Below are positions 41,708 through 52,317 of a stretch of DNA of 64,000 nt, in pieces. The DNA is from an uncultured Methanomicrobiales archaeon (GTDB taxonomy: Archaea; Halobacteriota; Methanomicrobia; Methanomicrobiales; Methanospirillaceae). The stretch spans positions 320,001 through 384,000 of the forward strand of contig OY969100.1 of the NCBI GenBank assembly GCA_963697895.1, in the 5' to 3' direction. Each line of letters starts with the position of its first letter. The stretch's first letter is position 1. The notes below the pieces were generated by a model. The model made no database searches, was not told the DNA's origin, and saw only the letters and a list, made by a program, of their open reading frames with translations. Position numbers and translations under genes: made by a program.

Positions 41708-44376
41708 CGAACGGGTGCAGGCATGTATCAGGAAACGGGGATTTATCGAACTCTCTGAGATTCAGGACCAGGCAATTCCCCGCGTACTTGCCGGTGATCA
41801 CCTTCTCCTGATCGCGCCGACCGGCACGGGTAAGACCGAGAGTGCTATGCTGCCTGTCTTTAACGGAATGCTTTCACTACCGGCGGGCGGGTTCCGGGCG
41901 ATCTACATCACACCCCTGCGATCCCTGAACCGGGATATGCTTCAGCGGCTGGAATGGTGGTGTCGTGAACTCGGGTTTTCGGTCGGTGTGCGGCACGGGG
42001 ATACCCCGCTCTCCGAACGGCGCAGACAAGCCTTGAATCCCCCGGATCTGCTCATCACTACCCCGGAAACCCTCCAGGCAATCTTTATGGGAAAAGTGCT
42101 CCGGCGTCACCTGCAGCATGTCCGGTACATCATTGTCGATGAGATTCATGAACTGGCCGGAAGCAAACGGGGCGCTCAACTGGCAGTCGGTCTGGAACGA
42201 CTGATCCCTTATGCGGGGGAGTTCCAACGTATCGGACTATCCGCAACGGTTGGGAACCCCGAGGATGTTGGCCGATTTCTCTGTGGAGCGCGGCCATTCC
42301 GGATCGTCCAGGTCCCTGTTGCCAAACATCTCGATATATCGGTCACATATCAGGGGGATTCGTTTGAACGTGAGGCGGCCTGGGTCGGGGATTCGATAGA
42401 CAGGCACGGGTCCACACTGGTCTTTGTAAATACCCGGGTGACGGCCGAGGCGCTCGGGCATCAGCTTTTCTCCCGCGGGGATGTGGAAGTACACCATGGC
42501 TCGCTCTCGAAAGAAGTACGAATAGATGCGGAGGAACGGTTCAAATCAGGGAAAATTCATGCCCTGATCTGTACTTCATCGATGGAACTCGGGATCGATA
42601 TCGGTCATATAGAGCATGTGATCCAGTTTGGCTCCCCGCGTGAAGTCGCCCGCCTCGTCCAGCGGGTAGGAAGGGCGGGACATCAGACTTCACACGGTTT
42701 CGCGGGGGACCATCCTTGCGACCGGATTTTCCGATCTCCTCGAGTCGCTTGTGATCGCACGCAAAGCAAAGGAAAACGAGGTCGAACCAGTCCTGTTGCA
42801 CATTAATGCCGCGGATGTGATGGCAAACCAGGTTGCGGCGATGGCGGTGGAATATGGCGAGATTGAAAAGACCCGGGTTCTCGCGTGCCTTGAGCGGACC
42901 GCTCTTTTTCCCGTGTGTGCACCGCTCCTGGACCAGGTCTGTTCCCAGATGGCGGAGCACCGGCTTATTCGCATTGAGGGATCGCGAATCATAACCACTG
43001 CCCGCGCCCGGAGATATCTCTCCCTGAATCTTTCCATGATCCACGATGAGCGAAAAGTCCCGGTATTCGATATGGTCTCACGCCGCACGGTCGGAACGCT
43101 CGACGAATCGTTTGTTGTCGGATGGATTCATACCGGCGCGATCTTTATAACAAAAGGGCAGCTCTGGCGGGTCCTCGACATGGAAAACGGGCAGATCACC
43201 GTCGAACCGGCAAAACGCGCTAAAGGAGAACTCCCGTCCTGGGAAGGAGAGCAGATCCCGGTCCCCTATAGTGTCGCGGAGGAGGTCGGGGAGTTCAGGA
43301 GAACTCGGGCGGTTAAGAACTACACCCGGGAAGAGAATTCCATATCATTTGCTCTCCGTTATCTGGAAGAAATGGATAAGAATCGCTCTGCCGTGCCTGA
43401 CGATACCTGCATCGTCCTCGAAAATGCACCAGAAGGTGTTATCGTCAATGTATGCGCCGGCCATAAAGCAAATGAGGCCCTTGCACGGGTGCTCTCCATC
43501 CTGATCTCTGCTCGCTATGGCACTACCGTGGGGATCGAAGTGGATGCCTATCGTATTTATCTGAGGCTCCCCGCCGATATCCGGGCAGCGGATGTCAGGG
43601 ACCACCTGGTCGACCTGAACCCCGATCACCTGCAGGGAATTCTTCAGCTTGCAATGAAGAGAACTGCGCTTTTCAAATGGAAACTGGTACAGATCGCCAA
43701 AAAATTCGGGGCGATCGATGCCGATGCCGACTATGAGCGGATCAGTATCCACCGGCTGACAGAACTCTTCGATAATACGGTTGTGCAGAGAGAGGCCTAT
43801 CGCGAACTCTTTTCCGTGTACATGGACGTCGAAACGGCCGGGCGGGTTGTTCGGCGGATCCGGGAAGGGTACATTCGGGTGATGACCGGACCGGTGAGCA
43901 TACTCGGTGCTGAAGGCCTCTTCTCGTCCCGCGATCAGATGCAACCTCCATCTGTTGATCAGGCAGTGATCAGCACGCTGAAACGGAGACTCGAAGAGCA
44001 GAACGTCATTCTGGCATGCATGAACTGCAGACAGTGGAAGAGCAGGACGGTCGTATCGCGGGTGCCGGAGAGGCCGATATGCCCGAAATGTGGTGCCCGC
44101 CTGATCGCCGTTCTCAAACCATGGGAAGAGGATCTCTATGCCCAGGCAAATAAGAAAAAAAAGACAGAAGAAGAGCGAAATATCGAGATACGCCTGATCA
44201 GGAATGCCAATATCGTCCTATCGAGTGGCAGGAAAGCGGCTGTTGCACTCGCGGGGAAAGGGGTAGGGCCCGATAATGCATCACGGATCCTGGCCACCCT
44301 CGCCACCGGAGACACCTTTTACCGCGAGATTCTGAAGGCAGAGCGGAACTATATCCGCACCCATCGGTTCTGGTGA
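41685..44376 (+). CDS. lhr: Lhr-family SF2 helicase with C-terminal Zn motif; +1 frameshift at about 42687
   Basis: APTGTGKT, PLRSLN.D, ITTPETL, DEIH, LSAT, HHGSLS, ELGIDIG, QRVGRAGH, PSWEGE; CMNC..CPKC; GTG start at 41685. Confidence 0.92.
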
Positions 44377-44448
44377 GGATTCCCATAGGATTTTTCAAAT
44401 CCGCGGAACCAAAATAATTAAGGTGATTTTGCCATATACTGAGTCAAT

Positions 44449-44637
44449 ATGTCGAAATGTGCCTGTCATCCGGATAAGGAAGGAACGGGCACCTGTGCCG
44501 TCTGCCAGAAAACCTATTGCGAAAACTGCAGAGGAAGCAGATTCGGCATCTGCAATCGTTGCGGATTTAAAATCATGATCATCCTCCTAATCGTCATGGT
44601 GGTACTCTCGTACACCGTCTGGTTCGGAATTTTGTAG
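44449..44637 (+). CDS. 62-aa B-box-like zinc finger with C-terminal membrane anchor
   Basis: CxxHP..CxxC...CxxC...CxxC followed by about 20 hydrophobic residues. Confidence 0.75.
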   Translation: MSKCACHPDKEGTGTCAVCQKTYCENCRGSRFGICNRCGFKIMIILLIVMVVLSYTVWFGIL

Positions 44638-44857
44638 GATGAAGTTCGGTTATTTCCCTATGGGCATGGAAAGTAAACCTATATCAGCAATGGGAAACCG
44701 GAGAACAAGATCAGTAAACCGATCCGCAGATCCAAGGCACGATCTGGATGAATGAAGTCTGTGATCTCCCCGCTGTAGTCCGTTTATTGCACGTTCGGAA
44801 GAAGCAAAAGAGACATCTTCATCAAATTGTCTCACAAGTACGGATACCCTGCTTGAA

Positions 44858-45213
44858 TTGAACGGCCTTTCCACTGAGGCGAGAGGCGAAGATCGGAAAG
44901 ATCCTTATTTTGATCTCGATCGTTCTCTTTGTTTCATCGGAATCGTCATTATCGTGGCTGTATCCCTTTTCCTGAATGCCATTGCTGCAGCACCTTATTT
45001 TGTTCTTCTTATTCTCGCGAGATCGTAGCGATCCTGAAGGGAGCGGGCCTCTTTGTCGGAATATTTGCCTTAAAAGCAAGCGATGAAAAAATATTATCGA
45101 AAGCGGGAGTCCTTGCGGTGATCTCGAGCATCCTTCCCCCTCTGGACATCATCATGTTTATTGGGGGAATACTCTGCATCGCAAGCCCGGAAGCGCAACA
45201 GAAAAGGGAGTGA
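44858..45213 (+). pseudogene. Multiply frameshifted small membrane protein
   Basis: Consecutive hydrophobic peptides in different frames: KIGKILILISIVL / FIGIVIIVAVSLFLNAIAAAPYFVLLIL / EIVAILKGAGLFVGIFA..PPLDIIMFIGGIL. Confidence 0.5.
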
Positions 45214-45405
45214 GAAACGGTCCGGAGACCAAAGGGAGTCTGAGTTATTGCATCGAGTCTGAGTCCCGTGTTGCCTCGGTGAAGATTCGATGGAAGGAAC
45301 TAGCTTTCTCTATTATATATTTATTTTAATAACAGAGCAAGTGGAAACATATTTTAAAACCAATGCTCAAGATCAGCAGAAGGATTTAATTATAACGGAG
45401 GGTGT

Positions 45406-47367
45406 GTGACCGGCATTTATGATCGGGCATTCAGGCAATCGATCGATAATCCTGAATCATTCTGGGAAGCGGCCGCAGATGACATTGTCTGGGACCGGCG
45501 ATGGGATCGGGTTCTTGATGATTCCCATCCTCCTTTCACCCGATGGTTTCCCGGCGGGAAGCTAAATACCTGTTTTAATGCCCTCGATCACCAGGTCGAA
45601 TCCGGGCGAGGGTCGCAGCCCGCCCTGATATACGATAGCCCCGTGACTTCCACAATCCGAACATACAGTTTCAGGGAACTTCGCGAGATTGTTTCGAAGG
45701 TTGCGGGGGGGCTCACCAGAGAAGGGGTCGGGAAAGGTGATCGGGTCGTCATTTACATGCCCATGGTACCAGAATCGGTTATCGCGATGCTGGCCTGCGC
45801 CCGGATCGGTGCCATTCACTCGGTGGTCTTCGGTGGGTTTGCCCCCCGGGAACTGGCAACGCGGATCGACGATGCCCGACCGAAGATGGTGATCTCAGCA
45901 TCCTGTGGGATCGAGGTAAACCGGCTTATCTCCTATAAACCTCTCCTAGACACAGCAATCGCCATGTCATCGTACCCACCGGTATCCTGCGCAATTCTCC
46001 AACGGCCGGAGTTGAAAGCACCACTCGATCCGGGCCGGGATATTCCATGGACTACGCTGCTAGAGGGAGATCCGGTCGATTGCACGTCAGTGGATTCGAC
46101 CGATCCGCTCTATATTCTCTATACCTCCGGGACCACCGGTATTCCCAAAGGTGTCGTCCGGGACAATGGCGGCCACCTGGTTGCGCTCCGGTGGAGTATG
46201 GAGAACATTTACGGAGTGAAACCCGGAGAGGTTTTCTGGGCAGCATCCGATGTCGGATGGGTTGTCGGACATTCATACATTGTATATGCGCCGCTCATTT
46301 CAGGTTGTACCACTGTTCTCTACGAGGGCAAGTCGGTCGGGACCCCGGATCCCGGTGCGTTCTGGCGGGTGATAGAGGCACATGGTGTTTCCGTACTCTT
46401 CACTGCTCCAACGGCGTTTCGTGCTATCAAGCGGGAAGATCCTGATGGAACCTATATATCCCGCTATAATATGTCGGGATTCCGATCTCTTTTCCTGGCC
46501 GGAGAGCGGTGTGATTCCGACACGCTGAAATGGGCGGAAGAACGTCTGCATGTCCCCGTGATCGATCACTGGTGGCAGACAGAGACGGGTTGGGCGATCG
46601 GAGCGAACCCGATTGGCCTGCAGCACTTTCCTGTAAAACCCGGGTCGTGTACTAAACCGGTCCCCGGATATGACGTTCGGGTCCTCGATGAAGCAGGTCA
46701 TGAGATCGGACCCGGGAAGACGGGAAATCTCGTCATCAGGCTACCGCTCCCTCCCGGATGCCTGACAACACTCTGGAATAATGAAAAAGATTTCATAAAA
46801 ACCTATTTCCATGAATATCCCGGCTTTTACGAGACTTCCGATGCGGGTTTTATCGATACGGAGGGGTATCTCTGGATCATGGGCCGCACCGACGATATCA
46901 TCAACGTTGCGGGCCACCGCCTTTCCACGGGATCAATGGAAGAAGTGCTTTCTCTGCATCCGGATGTGGCGGAGTGCGCGGTTACCGGTGTTGCAGATCC
47001 CGTGAAGGGTGAGATACCACTTGGGTTTATCGTTTTAAAGGCAGGTGTTAATAGATCGCACGCGGATATCGTCGCAGAGACGATCCAGATGGTAAGGGAA
47101 CGAATCGGGCCGATCGCTTCTTTTAAAGTGGCTGTTGTGGTAAGACGGCTTCCCAAGACACGGTCAGGGAAGATTCTCCGCGGAACGATGAAAAAGATCG
47201 CAGACGGAGAGCCCTACAAGGTACCGGCAACGATCGATGATCCTGCAAGCCTCGACGAGATAGCGGAAAGTCTTGCAACGCTCGGATATCCCCGAAAACG
47301 AGGGAACGTTAAAAATAAAGGTTCGGTCCGGTTAACTCAAAAAAAAAATAGTCAAATGAATGCTTAA
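45406..47367 (+). CDS. Short-chain acyl-CoA synthetase, propionyl-CoA synthetase (PrpE)-like
   Basis: YTSGTTGIPKGVVRD, SDVGWVVGHSY, LFLAGERCD, DHWWQTETG, PKTRSGKILR. Confidence 0.85.
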   Translation: MTGIYDRAFRQSIDNPESFWEAAADDIVWDRRWDRVLDDSHPPFTRWFPGGKLNTCFNALDHQVESGRGSQPALIYDSPVTSTIRTYSFRELREIVSKVAGGLTREGVGKGDRVVIYMPMVPESVIAMLACARIGAIHSVVFGGFAPRELATRIDDARPKMVISASCGIEVNRLISYKPLLDTAIAMSSYPPVSCAILQRPELKAPLDPGRDIPWTTLLEGDPVDCTSVDSTDPLYILYTSGTTGIPKGVVRDNGGHLVALRWSMENIYGVKPGEVFWAASDVGWVVGHSYIVYAPLISGCTTVLYEGKSVGTPDPGAFWRVIEAHGVSVLFTAPTAFRAIKREDPDGTYISRYNMSGFRSLFLAGERCDSDTLKWAEERLHVPVIDHWWQTETGWAIGANPIGLQHFPVKPGSCTKPVPGYDVRVLDEAGHEIGPGKTGNLVIRLPLPPGCLTTLWNNEKDFIKTYFHEYPGFYETSDAGFIDTEGYLWIMGRTDDIINVAGHRLSTGSMEEVLSLHPDVAECAVTGVADPVKGEIPLGFIVLKAGVNRSHADIVAETIQMVRERIGPIASFKVAVVVRRLPKTRSGKILRGTMKKIADGEPYKVPATIDDPASLDEIAESLATLGYPRKRGNVKNKGSVRLTQKKNSQMNA

Positions 47368-47519
47368 TTTGAATATTACCCAACAGGAAACACCGAATGG
47401 GCACCTGGTCAGTTCTCTCACCGATGATCGGATGGGAGAACCCTTTTAAGCACCCGAAGGATTGTCTCTTACAGATTTTATTCCGGTGTGCTTTAATTAA
47501 TCAAAATTGTTTTCGTGAA

Positions 47520-47909
47520 TTATTCAGTCATCGGAAGATACAGGTTGAGATGGGTGATAACCCAGGTGTGACCCGTGCCCCTGAGAATGAGTGTCAATTT
47601 TCCGGGCGTGTGTTTCACATCACCTATATAGCCATAGGATATCGTGAACATCCCCGTCACCCATGCGATCGTCCCCTCGGCCCTTACATCCATTTCGGAA
47701 AGGTCCGACGGCAGATCACGTCCACTTTCCTTCAGCCAGCGCGCAAAACTGTCCCGGTTCAGGACCCTGTCCGATCTCCCGCTGACAAACCCGCTGAAAT
47801 CTTCCGCTATCAGATCCATTCCCTGTACGATATCTCCCCGAGAGGCAGAAACAAGCAATCGGTCGACGATATCGATCACCTGGATCCGGGTCTGTTGACT
47901 AACTTTCAT
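47520..47909 (-). CDS. NTF2/SnoaL-like protein
   Basis: Size and pattern (..EGTIAWV...LTLILR....WVITHL). Confidence 0.7.
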   Translation of the reverse strand: MKVSQQTRIQVIDIVDRLLVSASRGDIVQGMDLIAEDFSGFVSGRSDRVLNRDSFARWLKESGRDLPSDLSEMDVRAEGTIAWVTGMFTISYGYIGDVKHTPGKLTLILRGTGHTWVITHLNLYLPMTE

Positions 47910-48115
47910 AAATTACTGTAATATTATTCAAAAATGCATGTATAATGGTTCGGTTAAGAGGTTATCACCCGGTATTCTAACTTATTAAGAAGCCTTTCAT
48001 CCCTTGAGCAGATGGGTCTCTCCGTTCAGTCATGGAGAAAAGGCTTTCAATTCGTATATTCCAACATTGTCTGTAGTGCCGGCGGTCTGGAGGACCAAAT
48101 AGCAGGAGACTTCGC

Positions 48116-48388
48116 ATGTTCAGGCCCGATTTCATTCACACAAACGAAGAATGGGTCATATGGCTTCTCGGTGAAGAATTCCCCTCACATGCGTCTCCCC
48201 AGCAACTCATCGAACGGACACGATTATTGGCGGAACAGGTCGATGAGGCGGTAAGGAACCTGGAGCGGATTAAGGCGGTGAAAGTCGTGCGGATTCCAGG
48301 GCGTTTCCCCCTGGAAAATGTTCAGACGGTTGGCTTGCAGAAAGCCGGCTATTCAATGTTCGATGAACTCAAACGCCTGAGCAAATGA
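48116..48388 (+). CDS. Hypothetical 90-aa protein, possibly winged helix
   Basis: GGAGA RBS; helix-helix-helix-wing-helix-like pattern. Confidence 0.55.
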   Translation: MFRPDFIHTNEEWVIWLLGEEFPSHASPQQLIERTRLLAEQVDEAVRNLERIKAVKVVRIPGRFPLENVQTVGLQKAGYSMFDELKRLSK

Positions 48389-48542
48389 CAGATACCGTCA
48401 TTTTATCTTCCTGGTCGTATGGATTATCAGACTCAATTCTGCTATCTTAGTGGCTGAATGGATATCATCACCCGTTTAATGCGTGAATCCACAGAATAAC
48501 GCGCGAATGATATTTGTAATGAAGAGGGAAAAAAAGAGAATT

Positions 48543-49020
48543 TCATTCGATGGTGATTCCCTTCATCGGTTCAATAACCGTCTTTTTGAGATGTACTTCA
48601 AGGACATTGTTCTTAAAACTTGCCCGTGCTCCTTCCTCGGTGACGTCGGTGGGAAGCGGTACTATCCTTCTCATTGTACCAAAACTTCGTTCGCTGACAT
48701 AATACCCCTCTTTTTTTTCTTCCCTCACATTTTTCCGCTCGAATGATATCTCGAGGGCACGCGGGTTAAGCAGATCCATGCGAATATCTTTCTTTTCCAC
48801 TCCCGGAATAATATCGGCCGTTACGGTCACTTCATCGCCGTGTTCCAGTACATCCACCCGGAACTCACCTCTCGTCGATGGAAGCATCGTTTCTGTCTGA
48901 CCAGCGGGAAGAAGAGCCCACCTGTTCATATCGGACATCTGCTGGAACATATCATCCATGTAAGCCCTCATTTCATCCAGTTCGTCAAATAACGATCTCC
49001 GGTACCTTCTGTATACGCAC
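48543..49020 (-). CDS. Small heat-shock protein Hsp20; likely GTG start at 49020 is one base out of frame
   Basis: VDVLE, ERSFG.M.R.VPLP, ASFKNNVLEV; GGAGG 8 nt before the GTG; in-frame VYRRYRRSLFDELDE precedes the first ATG (48971). Confidence 0.9.
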
Positions 49021-49090
49021 TGTCCAATCCTCCTGTTCGATCTTCCCGATGAATTTTCAGACCTCGGGCAATCGAAGGATGGAATATAAT

Positions 49091-49107
49091 GTATATATAG
49101 TTTTTTC
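49091..49107 (-). promoter_or_regulatory. BRE + TATA of hsp20
   Basis: Minus strand GGAAAAAACTATATATA. Confidence 0.6.
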
Positions 49108-49144
49108 CAAATCCGGGTTCGCCGTTTACGAGAAGATCACACAT

Positions 49145-50584
49145 TCATCGGCTCTTACCGCGTGCGAGCGATGCAAAAATCCCGAATATGCAGAGGATGG
49201 TAAAGAGGGTGAATGCATATCGAAGACTCAGTATGAAGGATGAATAATAAGCGGGGGTGATCTCAACCCTCCCGATCACGATCGAGAAGATCATAATCGC
49301 GATTCCCATCGAAAGCATCTGCCCGAGCAACCGCATCGTCCCGTTAATCCCGGAAGCAACACCGTAATATTTCCGATCGACTGCACTCATGACTGCATTG
49401 GTATTCGGAGAGGTGAACAGTCCCGCCCCCATACCGAGGATCACCAGACTGATCATGATATACCAGACCGGGGTGGCCTTGGAAAGAAAGATAAGAAATC
49501 CAAGTCCGAAAACGGTGAATCCCATGCCTGTCGATGCGACGATCCGTGGATCGACCCTGTCCGACAAGCGACCGGAGAACGGGGAGACAAGCATCTGGAC
49601 CACTGCCTGAGTGACAAGGATCGTTCCGGCGATTTCTGGCGAAAAGGATTGCGTGAACTGGAGGTAGAGACTCAGCAGAAAAGTCACTGCGAAGGTGGCG
49701 CTGTAGTTGATGAGGGCCGCAATGTTTGAATAAAGAAATAACCTGCTTTTCGTGAAGAGTTTCATGTCCAGGACAGGGGAAGGGATTCGCATCTCAAACC
49801 ACATAAAGAACCCCAGGGAAACCAAGCCGAGGAGGATAAGGGTTCCTCCCGCTATGGTGGGGAGTACAGAGAAACCGCACATGATGGCAACCAGGGAGAC
49901 TCCGTAAAAAACGGAACCCGCGAGATCAAACCGTTCACCACGGCATTCTGCCCAGTCACCCTTGAGTCTCCAGAGTACGAGAAAAATTGCCAGGATCCCT
50001 ATCGGAATATTCACGAGGAAAATGCTCCGCCAACCAAGATACTCGGTCATCACCCCGCCGAGGAACGGGCCGAGCGACAGGCCGAGGTATACTGCAGTAA
50101 TATATATTCCCAGAGCACCCCCGCGTTCTTTCGGGGGAAAGACCGAGGTAAGGATTGCTACGGCTGTCCCGAAGATCATGGCGGCTCCGGTCCCCTGCAC
50201 GATACGTATAGCGATCATGACCTCCGCGGATGGGACCATCGTCATCAGAAAGGATGCGACAGTGAATATACCAAGACCGATAAGAAATACCCGTTTCCTC
50301 CCGTATATATCCGCAATTTTTCCAAATGGAACGATGAAGACCGCCGATGCGAGAAGATACGCGGTGGAAACCCATGAGAGGGCGACGGCGTTCATATGGA
50401 ACTCCATGCTGATCACCGGGAGCGATATGTTAACGGCAGATCCGTCAAACGGTGTGATGAAACCGGCGAGAATGGCGATAAGAAGGACAATTCTCTTCTC
50501 TGTCTTTGTCGGGACAGCGGTTGGATACCGGCAGATCTCGGATTCTTTGGCAGGCACCGGATATTTCGTCATCTGAACGTTCAA
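49145..50584 (-). CDS. MFS DHA2 (EmrB/QacA-type) transporter
   Basis: FDGSAVNISLP, GKIADIYGRKR, GPFLGG, WRSIFLVNIPIG. Confidence 0.92.
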   Translation of the reverse strand: MNVQMTKYPVPAKESEICRYPTAVPTKTEKRIVLLIAILAGFITPFDGSAVNISLPVISMEFHMNAVALSWVSTAYLLASAVFIVPFGKIADIYGRKRVFLIGLGIFTVASFLMTMVPSAEVMIAIRIVQGTGAAMIFGTAVAILTSVFPPKERGGALGIYITAVYLGLSLGPFLGGVMTEYLGWRSIFLVNIPIGILAIFLVLWRLKGDWAECRGERFDLAGSVFYGVSLVAIMCGFSVLPTIAGGTLILLGLVSLGFFMWFEMRIPSPVLDMKLFTKSRLFLYSNIAALINYSATFAVTFLLSLYLQFTQSFSPEIAGTILVTQAVVQMLVSPFSGRLSDRVDPRIVASTGMGFTVFGLGFLIFLSKATPVWYIMISLVILGMGAGLFTSPNTNAVMSAVDRKYYGVASGINGTMRLLGQMLSMGIAIMIFSIVIGRVEITPAYYSSFILSLRYAFTLFTILCIFGIFASLARGKSR

Positions 50585-50934
50585 CCCTGAAAGATCTGAA
50601 AAATCTTCTATGCGTATGATCTGCGTATATTCCCCTCTAATATATTCCGATATCCTTTTTCCATCAAAAAGGACGACAGGATGTATGAATCAGGATCATT
50701 CTCCCAGAAGATTACCTGCAGTGAAATTTCAGGTTTTTCGCCCATCCAGAAGTAAGGATTTTTATCACGTTCTTCCAGCAGGCTGGATCGTTTTTGTAAT
50801 CGAACCGAACGGTTGCATCGGCATCATCAGACCCCTGAAAATGACGCATTCTTTTTTACCGGTTTGATACCATTATACTACCACCTGCACGGGAAAATCC
50901 CGAGGAGTGAGCTTTCTTCGCAGGAGAAGATCTC

Positions 50935-52026
50935 ATGAGACAGAGCCGGATTATCCTTCATATCGATATGGACAGTTTTTACGCATCAGTAGAGATACGG
51001 GAGCACCCTGAATTGTCAGGGCTTCCGGTTGTTGTTGGTGCAGACCCGAAAGAAGGAAAAGGGCGTGGGGTTGTAGTGACCGCCTCGTATGAAGCACGGC
51101 GTTTCGGGATACATTCAGCGATGCCGATATCGCGTGCATGGCGGCTTTGTTCTCACGCGGTCTATATCCACCCTCATTTTCCTCTGTATGCAGAAGTATC
51201 GGGGGAGATCATGGAGATCCTCTCACAGTATACCGACCGTTTCGAACAGGTCAGCATCGATGAAGCGTTCCTCGATATTTCGACATCCGGGAACTATCCT
51301 GCCGCAGAAAACCTTGCCGGCCGGATTAAAGACGAGATCCGCGAGAAGGAGAGGCTGACCTGTTCGATCGGTATCGGTCCGAATAAGCTTATCGCCAAGA
51401 TTGCCTCTGATTATACAAAACCAGATGGTTTAACCGTTGTAGATCCGGCTCATGTTCGGGCGTTCCTCACGCCTCTTCCCGTGGAAAAGATTCCGGGTAT
51501 CGGCAGAAAGACCGCTGCGGAACTTCACCGCATGGGGATAACGACGATTGGGGCGCTTGAACGTCACGATGTGCAGGCAATGATATCACGTTTCGGCCGG
51601 GGAGGGGTCATCCTGCAGGCTATGGCGCGGGGAGAGGACGAACAAGAGGTTGGTTCAAGGGAAGGGGTACGATCGATCAGCCGGGAACACACCTTCGAAA
51701 AGGATACCAACGTTTTTAGTGAAATTACTGGTACCCTGGATGCCCTTGCGGAGGATCTACATGCGACACTTCGGGAAGAAGAGCTCCTGTTTCGGACGGT
51801 TACGGTGAAGGTTCGATATGAGGGCTTTATAACGCGCACGAAATCGCGCTCCCTCGAACACCCTGCGGTAGACCTCACACCAATCCGTTCACTTGCCCAT
51901 GCTCTCCTTTTCGAATTTCCCCAGGAAAAAAAGATCCGGCTCATTGGACTCCGTTTATCCGGTCTGACCCGGAAGGAATCGGATCAGAAGACTATTTCGG
52001 AATTTTCCACCCCAATTACCGAATGA
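50935..52026 (+). CDS. dinB: Y-family DNA polymerase IV
   Basis: HIDMDSFYASVE, SYEARRFG, SIDEAFLD, KPDG, IPGIG, IRLIGL. Confidence 0.96.
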   Translation: MRQSRIILHIDMDSFYASVEIREHPELSGLPVVVGADPKEGKGRGVVVTASYEARRFGIHSAMPISRAWRLCSHAVYIHPHFPLYAEVSGEIMEILSQYTDRFEQVSIDEAFLDISTSGNYPAAENLAGRIKDEIREKERLTCSIGIGPNKLIAKIASDYTKPDGLTVVDPAHVRAFLTPLPVEKIPGIGRKTAAELHRMGITTIGALERHDVQAMISRFGRGGVILQAMARGEDEQEVGSREGVRSISREHTFEKDTNVFSEITGTLDALAEDLHATLREEELLFRTVTVKVRYEGFITRTKSRSLEHPAVDLTPIRSLAHALLFEFPQEKKIRLIGLRLSGLTRKESDQKTISEFSTPITE

Positions 52027-52317
52027 ATTATATTCGGCTGTAAAAGCAAAATGAGCTTGAAAAAAGGTCAACCAACAACGATCCAACTCTATACGATCAT
52101 TGCGGTCTTATAGGTTACCTCATCTTATTTCAAGGGATATTCCGAATCGAAATCAGATCGCGGGAAAAAGAGGAAGAGACCTGAGTGTCGCCATCCCGTA
52201 ATTGAAATATGCAAGGAGACCCAATGGCTATTGCCTATCCCATCATAGCGGGACCGTTCATATCGCATGCGTGTATTCTGGAACGGAAGAAATGGAATCG
52301 TTTAATGTGGTATACCC

